Assembly (NCBI GenBank): GCA_947494155.1
Contig: CANLTW010000004.1
Location: 1-64,000 of the forward strand
Direction of reading: 5' to 3'
Source of the DNA: Chlamydiota bacterium
GTDB taxonomy: Bacteria > Chlamydiota > Chlamydiia > Chlamydiales > RGXB01
Length of the DNA stretch: 64,000 nucleotides
Shown here: piece after piece, positions 8,460 through 18,242 of the stretch
Numbering within the stretch: position 1 is the first letter of the stretch
How the letters are laid out: every line of letters begins with the position of its first letter
Translations under genes and position numbers: made by a program
Notes under the pieces: generated by a model
The model's input: the letters and a program-made list of their open reading frames with translations, nothing else
What the model was told of the DNA's origin: nothing
Databases searched by the model: none

Positions 8460-10137
8460 TAGTTTGATCCTAGCCTTCCCTTTGATGGCCGGTTGGAATG
8501 AGATCCATTCTTCCATCCTCATTCAAGATAACGAGGGGGCTTTAAACCATTCAAAAAGCTATTTTCTCGAGGATCCGGATAAAACCGAGCGCAAATTTCT
8601 TTATGCTCAAACTCTAGCTCATCTACTAAAAACTCAAGAGGCGATCCATCTAGTAAAATCCGAAGATCTTTTGCCGGTGAATGCGTTTGAACTTATCGAG
8701 TCTCTAGCCTGGTCTGTTTTGCGCAAACATGCCCAAGGGGGGGAGGCCAGCGAAGCTATGTCAGTTTTAGGAGCTGCCATCACGCGGGATGTGCGTGGAA
8801 TGAAGATTCTTATGGAAAAGGCCCGCTCGCCTAATGCTCGTGTTAGGGGATTTACCATGAAGCTAGCCGGTTTTTATCCAGATCCTCCCTTAAAAAAACT
8901 TGTCGCAAAGATTATAGGAACCGAAACTAACTACCATGTTCGTTTGGAGGCGATGCGAGCTGCAGGCCTTCAATCGAATGCGGATGCGACCGAAGCTCTG
9001 AAAAAAATGATCGAACACCCCCTCTCCACCTCTGAAGAGAGGTTGACCGCAATACATAGCCTGGCCCTTATTCTCGAAGGGATTGATCCCATACAACTTG
9101 ATTTTTTGATTCGTAATGAGAGGTCTCAGTATAGACAGCTTGCTTTAGAGTCGATTATACGCGAAGGGAAAAAAGAGCATTTAGACCTTGTAATCAACCA
9201 CCTAAAAGACCCCTCTCTTGATGTCCGCTCCAAAGCCTTTGAAGCACTTGCTCTTTTATCCGATTCTGAGGAGCTGATTATTCGAGCGCAGCCGATGATT
9301 CAGAGCAGTTGCGAAACGGTATCGTTACCGCTTAAAATGATGGGGCATTGGACTTTATCACTGAGTAAAAATTCTCAATCGATCGATTTTCTCATCGATT
9401 GTTTAGACCACGAGTCTGCTGGGATTCGAGTACTTGCTGCCTCTTATATTGCAAAATCTAAACCGGCACTCTCAGTTTTAAAAGACAAAGAGAAACGGAT
9501 CATGGATCCTTTTGCTAAAATCAATCTTGCTATGGGATACCTCCGGCATAAAATGGCTTTGGAATTTGTAAAAGACTCTTTCAAGGAGTTTTTACATAAC
9601 GAGATGGGATTGGTGATGCTTGCACAAGAGGAATCGATGTTTCCTACAATTCTCCCTTCGCAAGTTCCGCATCAACCCATGTTACCGAATTACCCGCTGA
9701 TCGTCGATCAGCTGACACGCCTCTCTTTGATTGGGTCGTACGCGCTTGTGGATCTCGAGGGGGCCAAGAATGCACTTGAGCGCCTTTTTGAGAAAAAGCT
9801 TGTGCCGGTGAGTAGAATGGCTCTCATCTTTTTGTTTAAAGAATCTGATACCGATGTGGTAGAGGTAGCAAGGGAGCTGAGTAAGACAGGTGATAGAAAG
9901 AACCGGTTGCAGACCCTCCTTGTTCTCGCCTTTTTTGGAAAAGAGACAGCGATTGTCGATGAGCTGATCGATCTATATCCTAACGTAAGCTTTGAGGAGA
10001 AGATCCAGATCGTTGAGTCTTTAGGGTACTTGGGTGGGGATAAAACGGTAAGATTCCTTTTGAAAAAATTGGAGGAACCCTCAAGGCTAATACAAATTGC
10101 TGCTGCCTCTTCACTAATCCAGTCCCTTTACCACTAA
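8437..10137 (+). CDS. HEAT-repeat protein with probable signal peptide, CT384-like
   Basis: Repeated VR..A..AL HEAT units. GTG at 8437 gives the signal-like N-terminus MHIITIFSSLILAFPLMA and reduces the overlap with hit. Confidence 0.75.
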   Translation: MHIITIFSSLILAFPLMAGWNEIHSSILIQDNEGALNHSKSYFLEDPDKTERKFLYAQTLAHLLKTQEAIHLVKSEDLLPVNAFELIESLAWSVLRKHAQGGEASEAMSVLGAAITRDVRGMKILMEKARSPNARVRGFTMKLAGFYPDPPLKKLVAKIIGTETNYHVRLEAMRAAGLQSNADATEALKKMIEHPLSTSEERLTAIHSLALILEGIDPIQLDFLIRNERSQYRQLALESIIREGKKEHLDLVINHLKDPSLDVRSKAFEALALLSDSEELIIRAQPMIQSSCETVSLPLKMMGHWTLSLSKNSQSIDFLIDCLDHESAGIRVLAASYIAKSKPALSVLKDKEKRIMDPFAKINLAMGYLRHKMALEFVKDSFKEFLHNEMGLVMLAQEESMFPTILPSQVPHQPMLPNYPLIVDQLTRLSLIGSYALVDLEGAKNALERLFEKKLVPVSRMALIFLFKESDTDVVEVARELSKTGDRKNRLQTLLVLAFFGKETAIVDELIDLYPNVSFEEKIQIVESLGYLGGDKTVRFLLKKLEEPSRLIQIAAASSLIQSLYH

Positions 10138-10156
10138 TCTAGAGAGAAAAAACCTA

Positions 10157-11230
10157 GTGTCTGTTTGTTACCTGATTATTGACCACAAGGGGATCCACCC
10201 CGGAGTAGAGCAGTTATTTAGTCATTTAAAGACTAAGTCTAGGTGGTGCTACCTCGCAATTTTGCCCGATAAAAAGTGCACGGCATTTGTTTTTTCAATT
10301 GAGAAAGAGGCGTACGAAAACAGCTCTTTTGAGGCGGTGCACTCTTTCTATTCCAAAAAAGCGCTCCTCGAGGCATTAGCCCTTTTTTTGAAGGGTAAAA
10401 AGGTCTTTGTGGATGAGGATATTGTCCCTTTTAAAAAAATTGAAGAGCTCAAAGCCCTTTCTATTGATGTCCATAGCGCCGAGGTTTACAGGCAACAAAT
10501 CTACTCCTTGAGCCCCTCGATGGTGACATCGCATCAACAGGCCAATAGCAATATAGAACAGATCATGAAAAATTTCGCAGTTTGGTTTGCGAAAGAGCCT
10601 CTTTTAACAGAAAAAAATATTGTCGACTGGCTTTTAAAAGAGATTGAAAGGCGGGGGATGGAGACTATCTCCCATCCGATTGTGGCTTACAAGGAAAATA
10701 GCGCTTTGCCCCACTACCATTTAGAGGGGGAGGGGGCTTCTATACTTGGGGAGGGACCTCTATTAATAGACCTATGGGCGAGACTCAAAGAACCAAATGC
10801 CATTTATGCGGACAGAACTTTTTTATTCATGGTCAATCGCGAACCTAACCTAGAGGAGAAAGAGGCCTTTTCAGCAGTTTTGACGGCTCAAAAAAAAGCG
10901 TTTCAAGCTATCGGAGCTCAAAGTAAGGGCTCTTATGTGGATGCAGTTGCAAGGGCTGTTTTAGAGGAAAAAGGGTATAAAGAGAATATTCTTCACCGCC
11001 TTGGACACTCGATCGATAGGAGCTTGCACGGGCTATCTATGCATTTTGATAGCGTCGAGGAGCCAGACGAAAGAGTGCCGGTCAAGAACATGGTAGCCAG
11101 TATTGAACCGGCTGTATATATTCCAAAAAAATTCGGGGTTAGGCTCGAGTCTAACATTTTTATTGATGAAAACCTGCAACCCCAATGGACAAATCCTCTC
11201 CAAGAGGGCTGGATTCTTTTAACACACTAA
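10157..11230 (+). CDS. Xaa-Pro aminopeptidase, M24 family
   Basis: SALPHY, LIDLWA, ADRT, HRLGH, SIEPAVY and GVRLE metal-ligand motifs. Confidence 0.88.
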   Translation: MSVCYLIIDHKGIHPGVEQLFSHLKTKSRWCYLAILPDKKCTAFVFSIEKEAYENSSFEAVHSFYSKKALLEALALFLKGKKVFVDEDIVPFKKIEELKALSIDVHSAEVYRQQIYSLSPSMVTSHQQANSNIEQIMKNFAVWFAKEPLLTEKNIVDWLLKEIERRGMETISHPIVAYKENSALPHYHLEGEGASILGEGPLLIDLWARLKEPNAIYADRTFLFMVNREPNLEEKEAFSAVLTAQKKAFQAIGAQSKGSYVDAVARAVLEEKGYKENILHRLGHSIDRSLHGLSMHFDSVEEPDERVPVKNMVASIEPAVYIPKKFGVRLESNIFIDENLQPQWTNPLQEGWILLTH

Positions 11231-11244
11231 ACAAAATCCAAACC

Positions 11245-11937
11245 CTAGCTATTTGAACGATTTTCTTTCTCAAGTTTTTTACGTAAAATACCGTTATAAA
11301 TCCCTTCACGAACGGTATGCTCTCTCCAGAAATTCCATGAGCCTGGCCAATAAAATTTTGTGAAAAAATAGGGGATGCTCGCCGAACTCTTTTTTCCTGC
11401 TATTTTATTTTTCAACACCTTCAAAAAGCCTATACTCGAGATTAACAAGGTCAAGGGATTTTGCAAAAAACACAATGCATCCAAAAGGGTCACATGGTGA
11501 GTAAGTTTTTTGATTTTAAAAGAGTTTTTAAAGAAGCTGCTGGATCCTAGGGTATGCACAGTGATTCGGGATAGGAGTTTTTCAAAACCGCTTTTTTGCA
11601 AATGGTGGAGCGCTCTTTCAATGATTACTCCCCCTTCCGAATGGCCTATCAGAAGAATTTTTTTCGACCCCCCCTCTAAAGAGATAAGTTTTTTAGAGAG
11701 CTCGTACGTCGACTCTGAAGGATACCCGATTTTAGCCTGAAAAATTCTAAAATGGTCGGAAATAAACCCAGAGGTAGGGTTAACAAGATGCTCGATATGG
11801 TGGGGAAAATGGCTAAAGGGGGCAGTGATCTCCAAAGCTACATTCACGGTATTATTGATCCCGTTGATAAAGATGGAGTGACAAGGTGCATCAAAATCTT
11901 CATGCACTGGAGCAAAATAGGGTAAAACCGTATCCAT
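11245..11937 (-). CDS. Alpha/beta-hydrolase (lipase-like, DUF687-like)
   Basis: IFINGINN oxyanion region, GHSEG nucleophile elbow, candidate Asp (LLDAL) and His (REH). Confidence 0.65.
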   Translation of the reverse strand: MDTVLPYFAPVHEDFDAPCHSIFINGINNTVNVALEITAPFSHFPHHIEHLVNPTSGFISDHFRIFQAKIGYPSESTYELSKKLISLEGGSKKILLIGHSEGGVIIERALHHLQKSGFEKLLSRITVHTLGSSSFFKNSFKIKKLTHHVTLLDALCFLQNPLTLLISSIGFLKVLKNKIAGKKSSASIPYFFTKFYWPGSWNFWREHTVREGIYNGILRKKLEKENRSNS

Positions 11938-11953
11938 AAGGGGCTTTTGTGGC

Positions 11954-12721
11954 TTAAGTTTCTGCTAAAACAAACCGCATATAGTTCGTAAAATAGGTGG
12001 CTGCTCGAATGCTATGCTCTTTAAGTGGGTGATTAGAGTGGGGAGCGTGAAAATATGTGGGGCAGTAGTTCCCTATTTTAAAGGGTTTTCTTATCCCTTC
12101 AAGTTTGTTTTTAAGAAGATTTGCTGAAGCCCAGATATATCTGAAGATCAAAGAGGGGTTTAAAACAATCGATATAGGGTCAAAAATCGAGACATGATTT
12201 TCAATTTTTTCGGCATAACGCTTATCAAAAAAGAAGGGGGCTCCAAAACTAAGAATGTGTAATTTGGGGTACAGTTTCATAAACACGTCGTTGGAGAGGT
12301 GATGTAAAGCTTGTCGAGTGATTAGACAGCCCTCGCTATGGCAGACGATCTTTATATCTTCGATATCTTCGGGAAGGTTCTCAAGAGTCTCTTTGAGCTT
12401 AACCGATGCCGGGCTTTGCCCCCCCAACCAGAGTTTTACACATCTAAAAAAATCTTTTACTAATCCGTTGGTGAGATTGGCGATAGAATAGGTATGCCGT
12501 TTGGTGTTTTTTGAGGTTTGGCTATGTACGCATTCAATATCCATACAGCTCTGGCGCACACCATTTACATAGATGAGAGCGCTCTTTGTCCCCTCTTTAC
12601 CGGAAGAAAATTTACATGCAGCAGGTTCGACTCCATAGGAGACCTCCTCGCAAAAAGAGTAGAGATTATAAAGTGGGCCACCGGATGGCGGGGTACTATT
12701 TGGTAGTGGTTGCACTAGCAT
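11954..12721 (-). CDS. Alpha/beta-hydrolase, tandem paralog of 11245..11937
   Basis: IYVNG, CHSEG, FDPI, KEH. Pro/Ser-rich N-terminus. Confidence 0.65.
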   Translation of the reverse strand: MLVQPLPNSTPPSGGPLYNLYSFCEEVSYGVEPAACKFSSGKEGTKSALIYVNGVRQSCMDIECVHSQTSKNTKRHTYSIANLTNGLVKDFFRCVKLWLGGQSPASVKLKETLENLPEDIEDIKIVCHSEGCLITRQALHHLSNDVFMKLYPKLHILSFGAPFFFDKRYAEKIENHVSIFDPISIVLNPSLIFRYIWASANLLKNKLEGIRKPFKIGNYCPTYFHAPHSNHPLKEHSIRAATYFTNYMRFVLAET

Positions 12722-12883
12722 GAAAGATACCTCTTCTTTTAGATCTGGGATCTATGAGTTAGACAATAGTATAAAATTATAAAAGAATAACTCCAAACAT
12801 TAAATAAATTAGTATCTTATTTTTTCTACTAAAACATTTTTTAGTACACTTTTTTTACCTGTTGCTCTAGTCTATTTTGGTTT

Positions 12884-14098
12884 ATGAAAGTGCAAAATCA
12901 CCAACCCATCCCCATCTGGGGAGGAATCGCATTAGTAGCGGGCACCTGTATCGGCGGGGGGATGTTAGCCCTTCCGGTTGAGACGGCTGAGGCCGGGCTT
13001 TTGCCGGCATTTCTGGGTCTTTTTTTGGCCTGGATCTACATGCTTTTGACAGGTCTGTTATTAGTGGAGGCCACTTTATGGGTAAAAAAACCCCATCCTC
13101 ACCTCGTGAGCCTGTCCAGTCAGTTTCTAGGGTCCGGGGGGCGGTATTTATCCATCCTTTTGGTCCTATTTATGGGTCTGGGCTCCTTGGTTGCCTATGT
13201 AACGGCAGGGGCACCTCTAATCGGTAAATTTTTAAAATATTCTTTTGGCTTTTTGGTTTCGCCGGGTACCTCTCTTTTGGTTTTTTCCCTCTTATTTGGA
13301 GCCATTTTTCTACTTAAGGAAAACAAAGTCTCTAAATTAAATCACTACCTGGTTATAGGGCTGATTTTAAGTTTTGCTCTTATTTTGGGGATAGGGGGGA
13401 GTTCTTTCACATCTTTACCCCTAAAAGCAGACTTTTCAAAAATTCCTTTAACTCTTCCTTTAATATTGACCACATTTAGTTACCAAATTATGGTTCCTAG
13501 CCTTGTGGAACTTTTGCATAGAGACAGGCGTTCCCTGTTTAAAGCGGTTTTTTTAGGTTCATTGGTCCCGTTGTTAGTTTATCTTGCCTATGAGACGGTG
13601 GTTCTAGGAATTGTCCCTTATGAGGGGGAAATGGGGCTTAAATATGCGCTTAGCAAGGGATTATCCTCCACAGAGGTCTTGTATTTTCACACAAAGTCCA
13701 GCCTTTTAGCGCCCGTTGTGGATACTTTTGCGTTCCTTTCCCTCGGCACCTCTTTTATCGGTATCGGTTTTGGTCTGGTGGGGTTTTTAAGAGATCTGTT
13801 CTCTTTGAAAGAAACGAAGCATACGCTTTTTGGGATTACCTTTTTGATCCTCTCTTTGACCCTGTTTTTGTGTTATTCAATACCCAATGCTTTTCTTACA
13901 GCGCTAGATTTAACCGGGGGTTACGGCGATACCTGGTTAAGCGGTCTCATTCCGATCAGTATGTGCTGGGTGGGTAGGTATGTTCAAGGGATTCGGGAGG
14001 GTTCGCCCGCTTTGATGAAAAAATGGGTTCTCATTCTCTTAGGTTCTTTTTCGTTTTATGTAATCTACATCCAAAGTTTGAAGCTTGTTCAGGGGTGA
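12884..14098 (+). CDS. tyrP: Aromatic amino acid permease (TyrP/Mtr/TnaB family)
   Basis: GGIALVAGTCIGGGMLALP signature, about 11 hydrophobic helices, TSFIG motif. Confidence 0.85.
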   Translation: MKVQNHQPIPIWGGIALVAGTCIGGGMLALPVETAEAGLLPAFLGLFLAWIYMLLTGLLLVEATLWVKKPHPHLVSLSSQFLGSGGRYLSILLVLFMGLGSLVAYVTAGAPLIGKFLKYSFGFLVSPGTSLLVFSLLFGAIFLLKENKVSKLNHYLVIGLILSFALILGIGGSSFTSLPLKADFSKIPLTLPLILTTFSYQIMVPSLVELLHRDRRSLFKAVFLGSLVPLLVYLAYETVVLGIVPYEGEMGLKYALSKGLSSTEVLYFHTKSSLLAPVVDTFAFLSLGTSFIGIGFGLVGFLRDLFSLKETKHTLFGITFLILSLTLFLCYSIPNAFLTALDLTGGYGDTWLSGLIPISMCWVGRYVQGIREGSPALMKKWVLILLGSFSFYVIYIQSLKLVQG

Positions 14099-14147
14099 AA
14101 AGGGGGTTTATACCCCCCCCCAGTGGAACAATAGCGCGTTTAATTGG

Positions 14148-14939
14148 TTAATTCAATCTGGCTAAAGCCTCTTGTATTTTTTCGGGGTAGTTTTGGGCTG
14201 AGATAAAATCGAGAAGTGACATTCTTACGCGCACCGTTTGCATCGAACGTTTGCGGTAATCGTTTGTTAGGCGACCAAAAAGCAATGGAAAACACTCCCC
14301 AACATCTTTAGAATCTACAAAAAGGGGGTTTCCCCATGCTAAGTTTTCGATGTTTGGATAGGCGCTTGAGCTTTTTGAGAAGGGTTCTATATCTACTTTA
14401 ATTCTAGGACGATCTTTATGATTTTCTATCGCTTTTAGAGCATAGAACTGCAAAGCGGGAAGGTGGTATTTCTGGATGGTGCTCTCATAAAAGGGCCAAT
14501 CGGGTTGGCTTATCATCCTATTCTTCAGAACCAAGGTTTTTTCCCGAACTTTATAGAGAATCTGTTGGAAAATTTTTTGGCAGAACGGGTTTAAAGGTGA
14601 ATTAGCATCAAGCTCTTTTACCGATAAGTCCGAAGAGTAGAGAATTTTCTTCAGCCTCGATTCCTCTTTACTGCGGGCACGGAGTTCTGGGATCATAGGA
14701 TATATGATTCGTCGGTACAAGCTGCTAGTTAACAAGGCATTCCCTGCTAGAACAAGCGGAGCTAGACGGGGAGATGACCGCATGATTCGTACTGCATTGA
14801 GTGTTGAGAGCACAAAAAGAGACAGGGAACTAAAATAAAACAATGCTAACTTTTTGATCCGATCCATTCTGCAAGAGTGTAACAGATCCCGGTACGCGGC
14901 TTCACTCGAATCTAAGTTTGTAAGAAATTGAATATCCAT
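14148..14939 (-). CDS. Hypothetical protein with bilobed hydrophobic segment (Inc-like)
   Basis: KLALFYFSSLSLFVLSTLNAV-loop-LAPLVLAGNALLTSSLY. Start placed at ATG 14939 with RBS aaggg. Confidence 0.55.
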   Translation of the reverse strand: MDIQFLTNLDSSEAAYRDLLHSCRMDRIKKLALFYFSSLSLFVLSTLNAVRIMRSSPRLAPLVLAGNALLTSSLYRRIIYPMIPELRARSKEESRLKKILYSSDLSVKELDANSPLNPFCQKIFQQILYKVREKTLVLKNRMISQPDWPFYESTIQKYHLPALQFYALKAIENHKDRPRIKVDIEPFSKSSSAYPNIENLAWGNPLFVDSKDVGECFPLLFGRLTNDYRKRSMQTVRVRMSLLDFISAQNYPEKIQEALARLN

Positions 14940-14992
14940 AATTACCCTTTTTTTCAAATTTTTTTAAGATACTAACAAGAAAGGGAAAAATT

Positions 14993-15024
14993 AAAAAGAC
15001 CTGAAACTATTCAGGTCTTTTTTT
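14993..15024. terminator. Intrinsic terminator, bidirectional shape
   Basis: aaaaagacctgaa-acta-ttcaggtcttttt inverted repeat with A and T tails, downstream of 15058..16038. Confidence 0.75.
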
Positions 15025-15057
15025 AAAGGTCACGGGGGATAAATCAAATCGGAGTAT

Positions 15058-16038
15058 CTACAGAAGAGCGTAGAGATGATCCACAAATTTTTCTATGGAT
15101 TGATGATTTTCTACACATAGGTGAATAAGGGAAACAAACTCTTTGTACGTAACGATGCTTTTGCCTTGCGATGTTGTTGAGACAATTAGGGGGCGGTCAT
15201 CTCGTGTTATCGCATGTTCTTCATACTTGAGATTGGCAAATTTGAGCCCATCAGCAAAATTGGGAGGAATTTCGTGCCAATTTTTTGTTTCTACTGCTTT
15301 TGGTTCTAAAGCACCTGGGTCAATCAAAGATGCATCCAACATTCTGTTTTGACAAACTTTTAAAACATCTGGCAAGAAATCTGTCATCAGAAATTTATAC
15401 AGATCCGCTTCCATCTCATTTTTTGTGGAATTATGGCAGAAAAACACTGGATCTTTAACCGAAACATCCTGGGGCTTGACAAAGAGGGGCTTCAGGCCTA
15501 GATAAGATTCACGGGCCGCCTCAAGATCCTCCTCTTTTTGAATATCGAATGCTTGGCTTGGACAGACTCGTAACGGTCGTGTATACCAGGGGTTTAGTAA
15601 ATCAAGAATCGATTTATACTCAGGGATACTCATATCGGGTTCTATGCGATTGTAAACCTTAGACAGAATGTGCATTTTTTTTCTGTTTTTGGTGATCTGA
15701 CACTCCACCCAGTCATTATACTTGGGAAAAAGAGTGGTAACAAATTTTTCAAAAAGATAGATGCCTGTCACCAAAGCGATCGTTGTGGAGATATATTTGC
15801 ATAAAATAGGGGCGGTTCGTCGAAAATGGCCGGCAAGAGGAGCGGTAAATGAAAGGTAGGAAAAGGTTTTGCAGACACCCCAAAGAGACATCAAAGCGAC
15901 CTGTTTGACTTTTAAATTTGTCAATTCAGCCCCAAGATCACGAACCTGCGCGATTTTGGCGAGGGATTTATCGGGGGAGTAAGGTCTATAAGGGGAGGAG
16001 TCGTTTGAGTGGACTGGTGAAGAAGCGGGTGAGAACAT
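15058..16038 (-). CDS. Hypothetical protein, Inc-like, Ser/Pro-rich N-terminus
   Basis: MFSPASSPVHSNDSSP start, two close hydrophobic segments, C-terminus similar to 16146..17096. RBS gagg. Confidence 0.55.
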   Translation of the reverse strand: MFSPASSPVHSNDSSPYRPYSPDKSLAKIAQVRDLGAELTNLKVKQVALMSLWGVCKTFSYLSFTAPLAGHFRRTAPILCKYISTTIALVTGIYLFEKFVTTLFPKYNDWVECQITKNRKKMHILSKVYNRIEPDMSIPEYKSILDLLNPWYTRPLRVCPSQAFDIQKEEDLEAARESYLGLKPLFVKPQDVSVKDPVFFCHNSTKNEMEADLYKFLMTDFLPDVLKVCQNRMLDASLIDPGALEPKAVETKNWHEIPPNFADGLKFANLKYEEHAITRDDRPLIVSTTSQGKSIVTYKEFVSLIHLCVENHQSIEKFVDHLYALL

Positions 16039-16145
16039 TCTTTACCTCATTTGGTTTAGAGAAACATTTTAACTCACCCAGATATATTAACAAATAATAC
16101 AAATTTCTTTATTGCTGAAAGAAATGATAGAAAAACCTTTAGTCC

Positions 16146-17096
16146 TTAAACTTTAATCTGTTTGTTTATTACAGATAAAAGATAATTTGTAAACTCATCG
16201 AGATTGAGGTTTTTAGTGTGGGCCTCCTTAATGAGTGACTCTAATTGTCCAAATGTAAAATAAAATTTTTTATCCTGTTGAACACAGAGAAGCAGTGGTG
16301 CATTTTCTAAAATTTTTGCTTGGTTGTCCTCGATTTTGATGGGATACAGCCCTTGAGGCCCACTGAAATTTTTTAGATCTTCTAGGGTCAGCTGCTCCAA
16401 AGGGGAGTTTAGGGGAATCTCTTTGTTTATTTTCTTTCTTAAAAGCCGTGCGAAAACATGAACATCTTCAGTTAAGGAAGATTTTAAATAATTTGTTACA
16501 TTTGCCTGAGCAAGCAGCGCCTCGCTAAAATCCTCCTTTTGGAAATCGGCTAGCGTATTGAGTTGCTTATACTTGTCATAGGTCGCTGTGAATTCTTTGG
16601 TCGTAAGCTCATCCAGGCGAGCCTTTATGACAGTATCCTCAACAATAAGCTTGGGACTGTGCCAAAAAGTGGATCCTAGTACTTTCGTTTCAGCAGGCGG
16701 CATGTAGCCTTCGGGGAGAGTTGGGGTATAGAGACTCGACAGCATTTTAATCCAAGTTCTGTTCGCCAAGATCCTGGACTCGATCACACCCTGATAGAAA
16801 GCCACTCTTTCAATCAGATAGTTGGAAACAAGTGTGGGCACCAGCAAAAATAGAGTCGCCTTTAATAGGGGCATGTTTTGGGTTTTTTTAAAGGAGAAGG
16901 TGGCCACCAAGAGCGGGAAAAGGTGTTTAAAAACAAGTAAAGAGATATTTTGGATTTCTAGTTGAAGGTTAGTAGTCTTCAATGAATTTAGAGTTCTTGA
17001 TACGTCGTAATACTGGCAGGGTTTACCCTCGACATCTAGGGAGGGGGGGGCGTGCCTATATTCCTGGGGGGGAAAGGTTACTAATGCTAATTCCAT
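16146..17096 (-). CDS. Hypothetical protein, Inc-like paralog
   Basis: ISLLVFKHLFPLLVATFSF...LLKATLFLLVPTLVSNYLI hairpin. C-terminal PLLLCV...TFGQLESLI...LDEFTNYL matches the neighbour. Confidence 0.55.
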   Translation of the reverse strand: MELALVTFPPQEYRHAPPSLDVEGKPCQYYDVSRTLNSLKTTNLQLEIQNISLLVFKHLFPLLVATFSFKKTQNMPLLKATLFLLVPTLVSNYLIERVAFYQGVIESRILANRTWIKMLSSLYTPTLPEGYMPPAETKVLGSTFWHSPKLIVEDTVIKARLDELTTKEFTATYDKYKQLNTLADFQKEDFSEALLAQANVTNYLKSSLTEDVHVFARLLRKKINKEIPLNSPLEQLTLEDLKNFSGPQGLYPIKIEDNQAKILENAPLLLCVQQDKKFYFTFGQLESLIKEAHTKNLNLDEFTNYLLSVINKQIKV

Positions 17097-17154
17097 ATTA
17101 ATTTTAGGGGTTAGTTATTCATCCAAGATAATAATGAAATTGGAATTAATTTAT

Positions 17155-17583
17155 CTATTTCTCTTCTATTAAATTGGCTTGGATACAAACGATTTTTTTT
17201 AAAACGTGCTTCAAAAGAGATTCCAGTCCATTGAGTCGTGTGAGAGACAAAGAGGCAAAAAACCCAAGCGAAGTTAGAATTTTGGGCCTGTAAGATAAAG
17301 CCTGCGAAGGGGTGAGGTTGTCGTAGAGATAAACTACAAGAGCTGCAAGACCTTTGGAGATAAGGGCATCGGAATCGACGTGCAGTTTCAGCCTGCCCTC
17401 AGTGAGTTCAACCAAACAGTACATGAGACTTTGGCATCCTACCACCTTATTCTCCTGCACCTTTTCGTCTTGGGGGAAAGGGGGGAGCTGGCGCCCCATG
17501 AGCATGATTTTTTCATAAAAGATCTCACTTGTAAGAGACGAAAAACTCTCTAAAAGGGTCTGTTCTTTTTGGGTCATATCCAT
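17155..17583 (-). CDS. sufE: SufE-family Fe-S sulfur acceptor
   Basis: ENKVVGCQS, DSDALISKGL, LSLTRLNGL. Start placed at ATG 17583. Confidence 0.88.
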   Translation of the reverse strand: MDMTQKEQTLLESFSSLTSEIFYEKIMLMGRQLPPFPQDEKVQENKVVGCQSLMYCLVELTEGRLKLHVDSDALISKGLAALVVYLYDNLTPSQALSYRPKILTSLGFFASLSLTRLNGLESLLKHVLKKIVCIQANLIEEK

Positions 17584-17805
17584 CGCCTTCAAGTATACCT
17601 AATTTCGAGGATTCCACCTAGAAATTTAAAAAGAACAAAAGGGGAAAAGCGAAACGTAGTATAAATTAATTCAATAAGGGAAAATAGGGAGGAAGAAGAG
17701 GAGTTCGACTCATTTTTTTAAAAAGAAACTGCATCCTCCATTTGAAATCATTTGTATATTTTCCCGAAAACAGCTTAAACTCAACCCCAGTAAAACTGAG
17801 GAGAT

Positions 17806-18033
17806 ATGTCCGGAAAAGAGGAATTCATCGAGATTGAAGGGAAGATAATAGATGTTCTTCCTAACGCAACGTTCAAAGTTAAAGTTGATGGTTATGAGGA
17901 TATGTATGTCACAGCTACGCCATCCGGAAAAATCCGTTTACGCAACATCCGTTTAACAAGGGGCGACCAGGTCAAACTTGAAATGAGTCCTTATGACATG
18001 AACCGGGCCCGTATCACCTACCGGATCCGCTAA
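17806..18033 (+). CDS. infA: Translation initiation factor IF-1
   Basis: IEIEG...LPNATFKV...SGKIR...GDQV..EMSPYD..RARITYR. Confidence 0.97.
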   Translation: MSGKEEFIEIEGKIIDVLPNATFKVKVDGYEDMYVTATPSGKIRLRNIRLTRGDQVKLEMSPYDMNRARITYRIR

Positions 18034-18064
18034 ATTGGAAATTCTTAAGGGTCAAATTATTGGC

Positions 18065-18093
18065 TTGCTTTTATAACGCAAACCCAATATGCT
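18065..18093 (+). promoter_or_regulatory. Putative sigma66 promoter of the tRNA-Thr/tuf transcript
   Basis: TTGCTT-N17-TATGCT ending about 27 nt before tRNA-Thr. Confidence 0.6.
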
Positions 18094-18119
18094 CTTAAGC
18101 ATTCATTTTTTTGAGTGTC

Positions 18120-18191
18120 GCCCGGGTAGCTTAGTGGTATAGCACACGCATGGTAAGCGTGAGGTCGAAGGTTCGATTCCTTTCCCGGGCA
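18120..18191 (+). tRNA. tRNA-Thr(GGT)
   Basis: Acceptor GCCCGGG/CCCGGGC, anticodon arm CACGC-ATGGTAA-GCGTG, T-loop TTCGATT. No encoded CCA. Confidence 0.95.
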
Positions 18192-18242
18192 AAAAAAATA
18201 CAAACTAAATCGCCTCGATTAAAAAACTCGAAGGAGAGACAA

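Noticed and set aside
17043..17072. G8 and G7 tracts at the 5-prime end of an Inc-like gene as a phase-variation switch
   Set aside because: The frame is intact and similar homopolymers are frequent across the window, so there is no specific support.
18120..18191. A at position 32 and a D-stem mismatch in tRNA-Thr as signs of a pseudogene
   Set aside because: All arms fold and the position upstream of tuf is the expected one. I recall the ATGGTAA loop in other chlamydial tRNA-Thr genes.
18150..18242. 31-aa N-terminal extension of EF-Tu in the ORF track
   Set aside because: It overlaps tRNA-Thr. The start with an RBS is ATG 18243.
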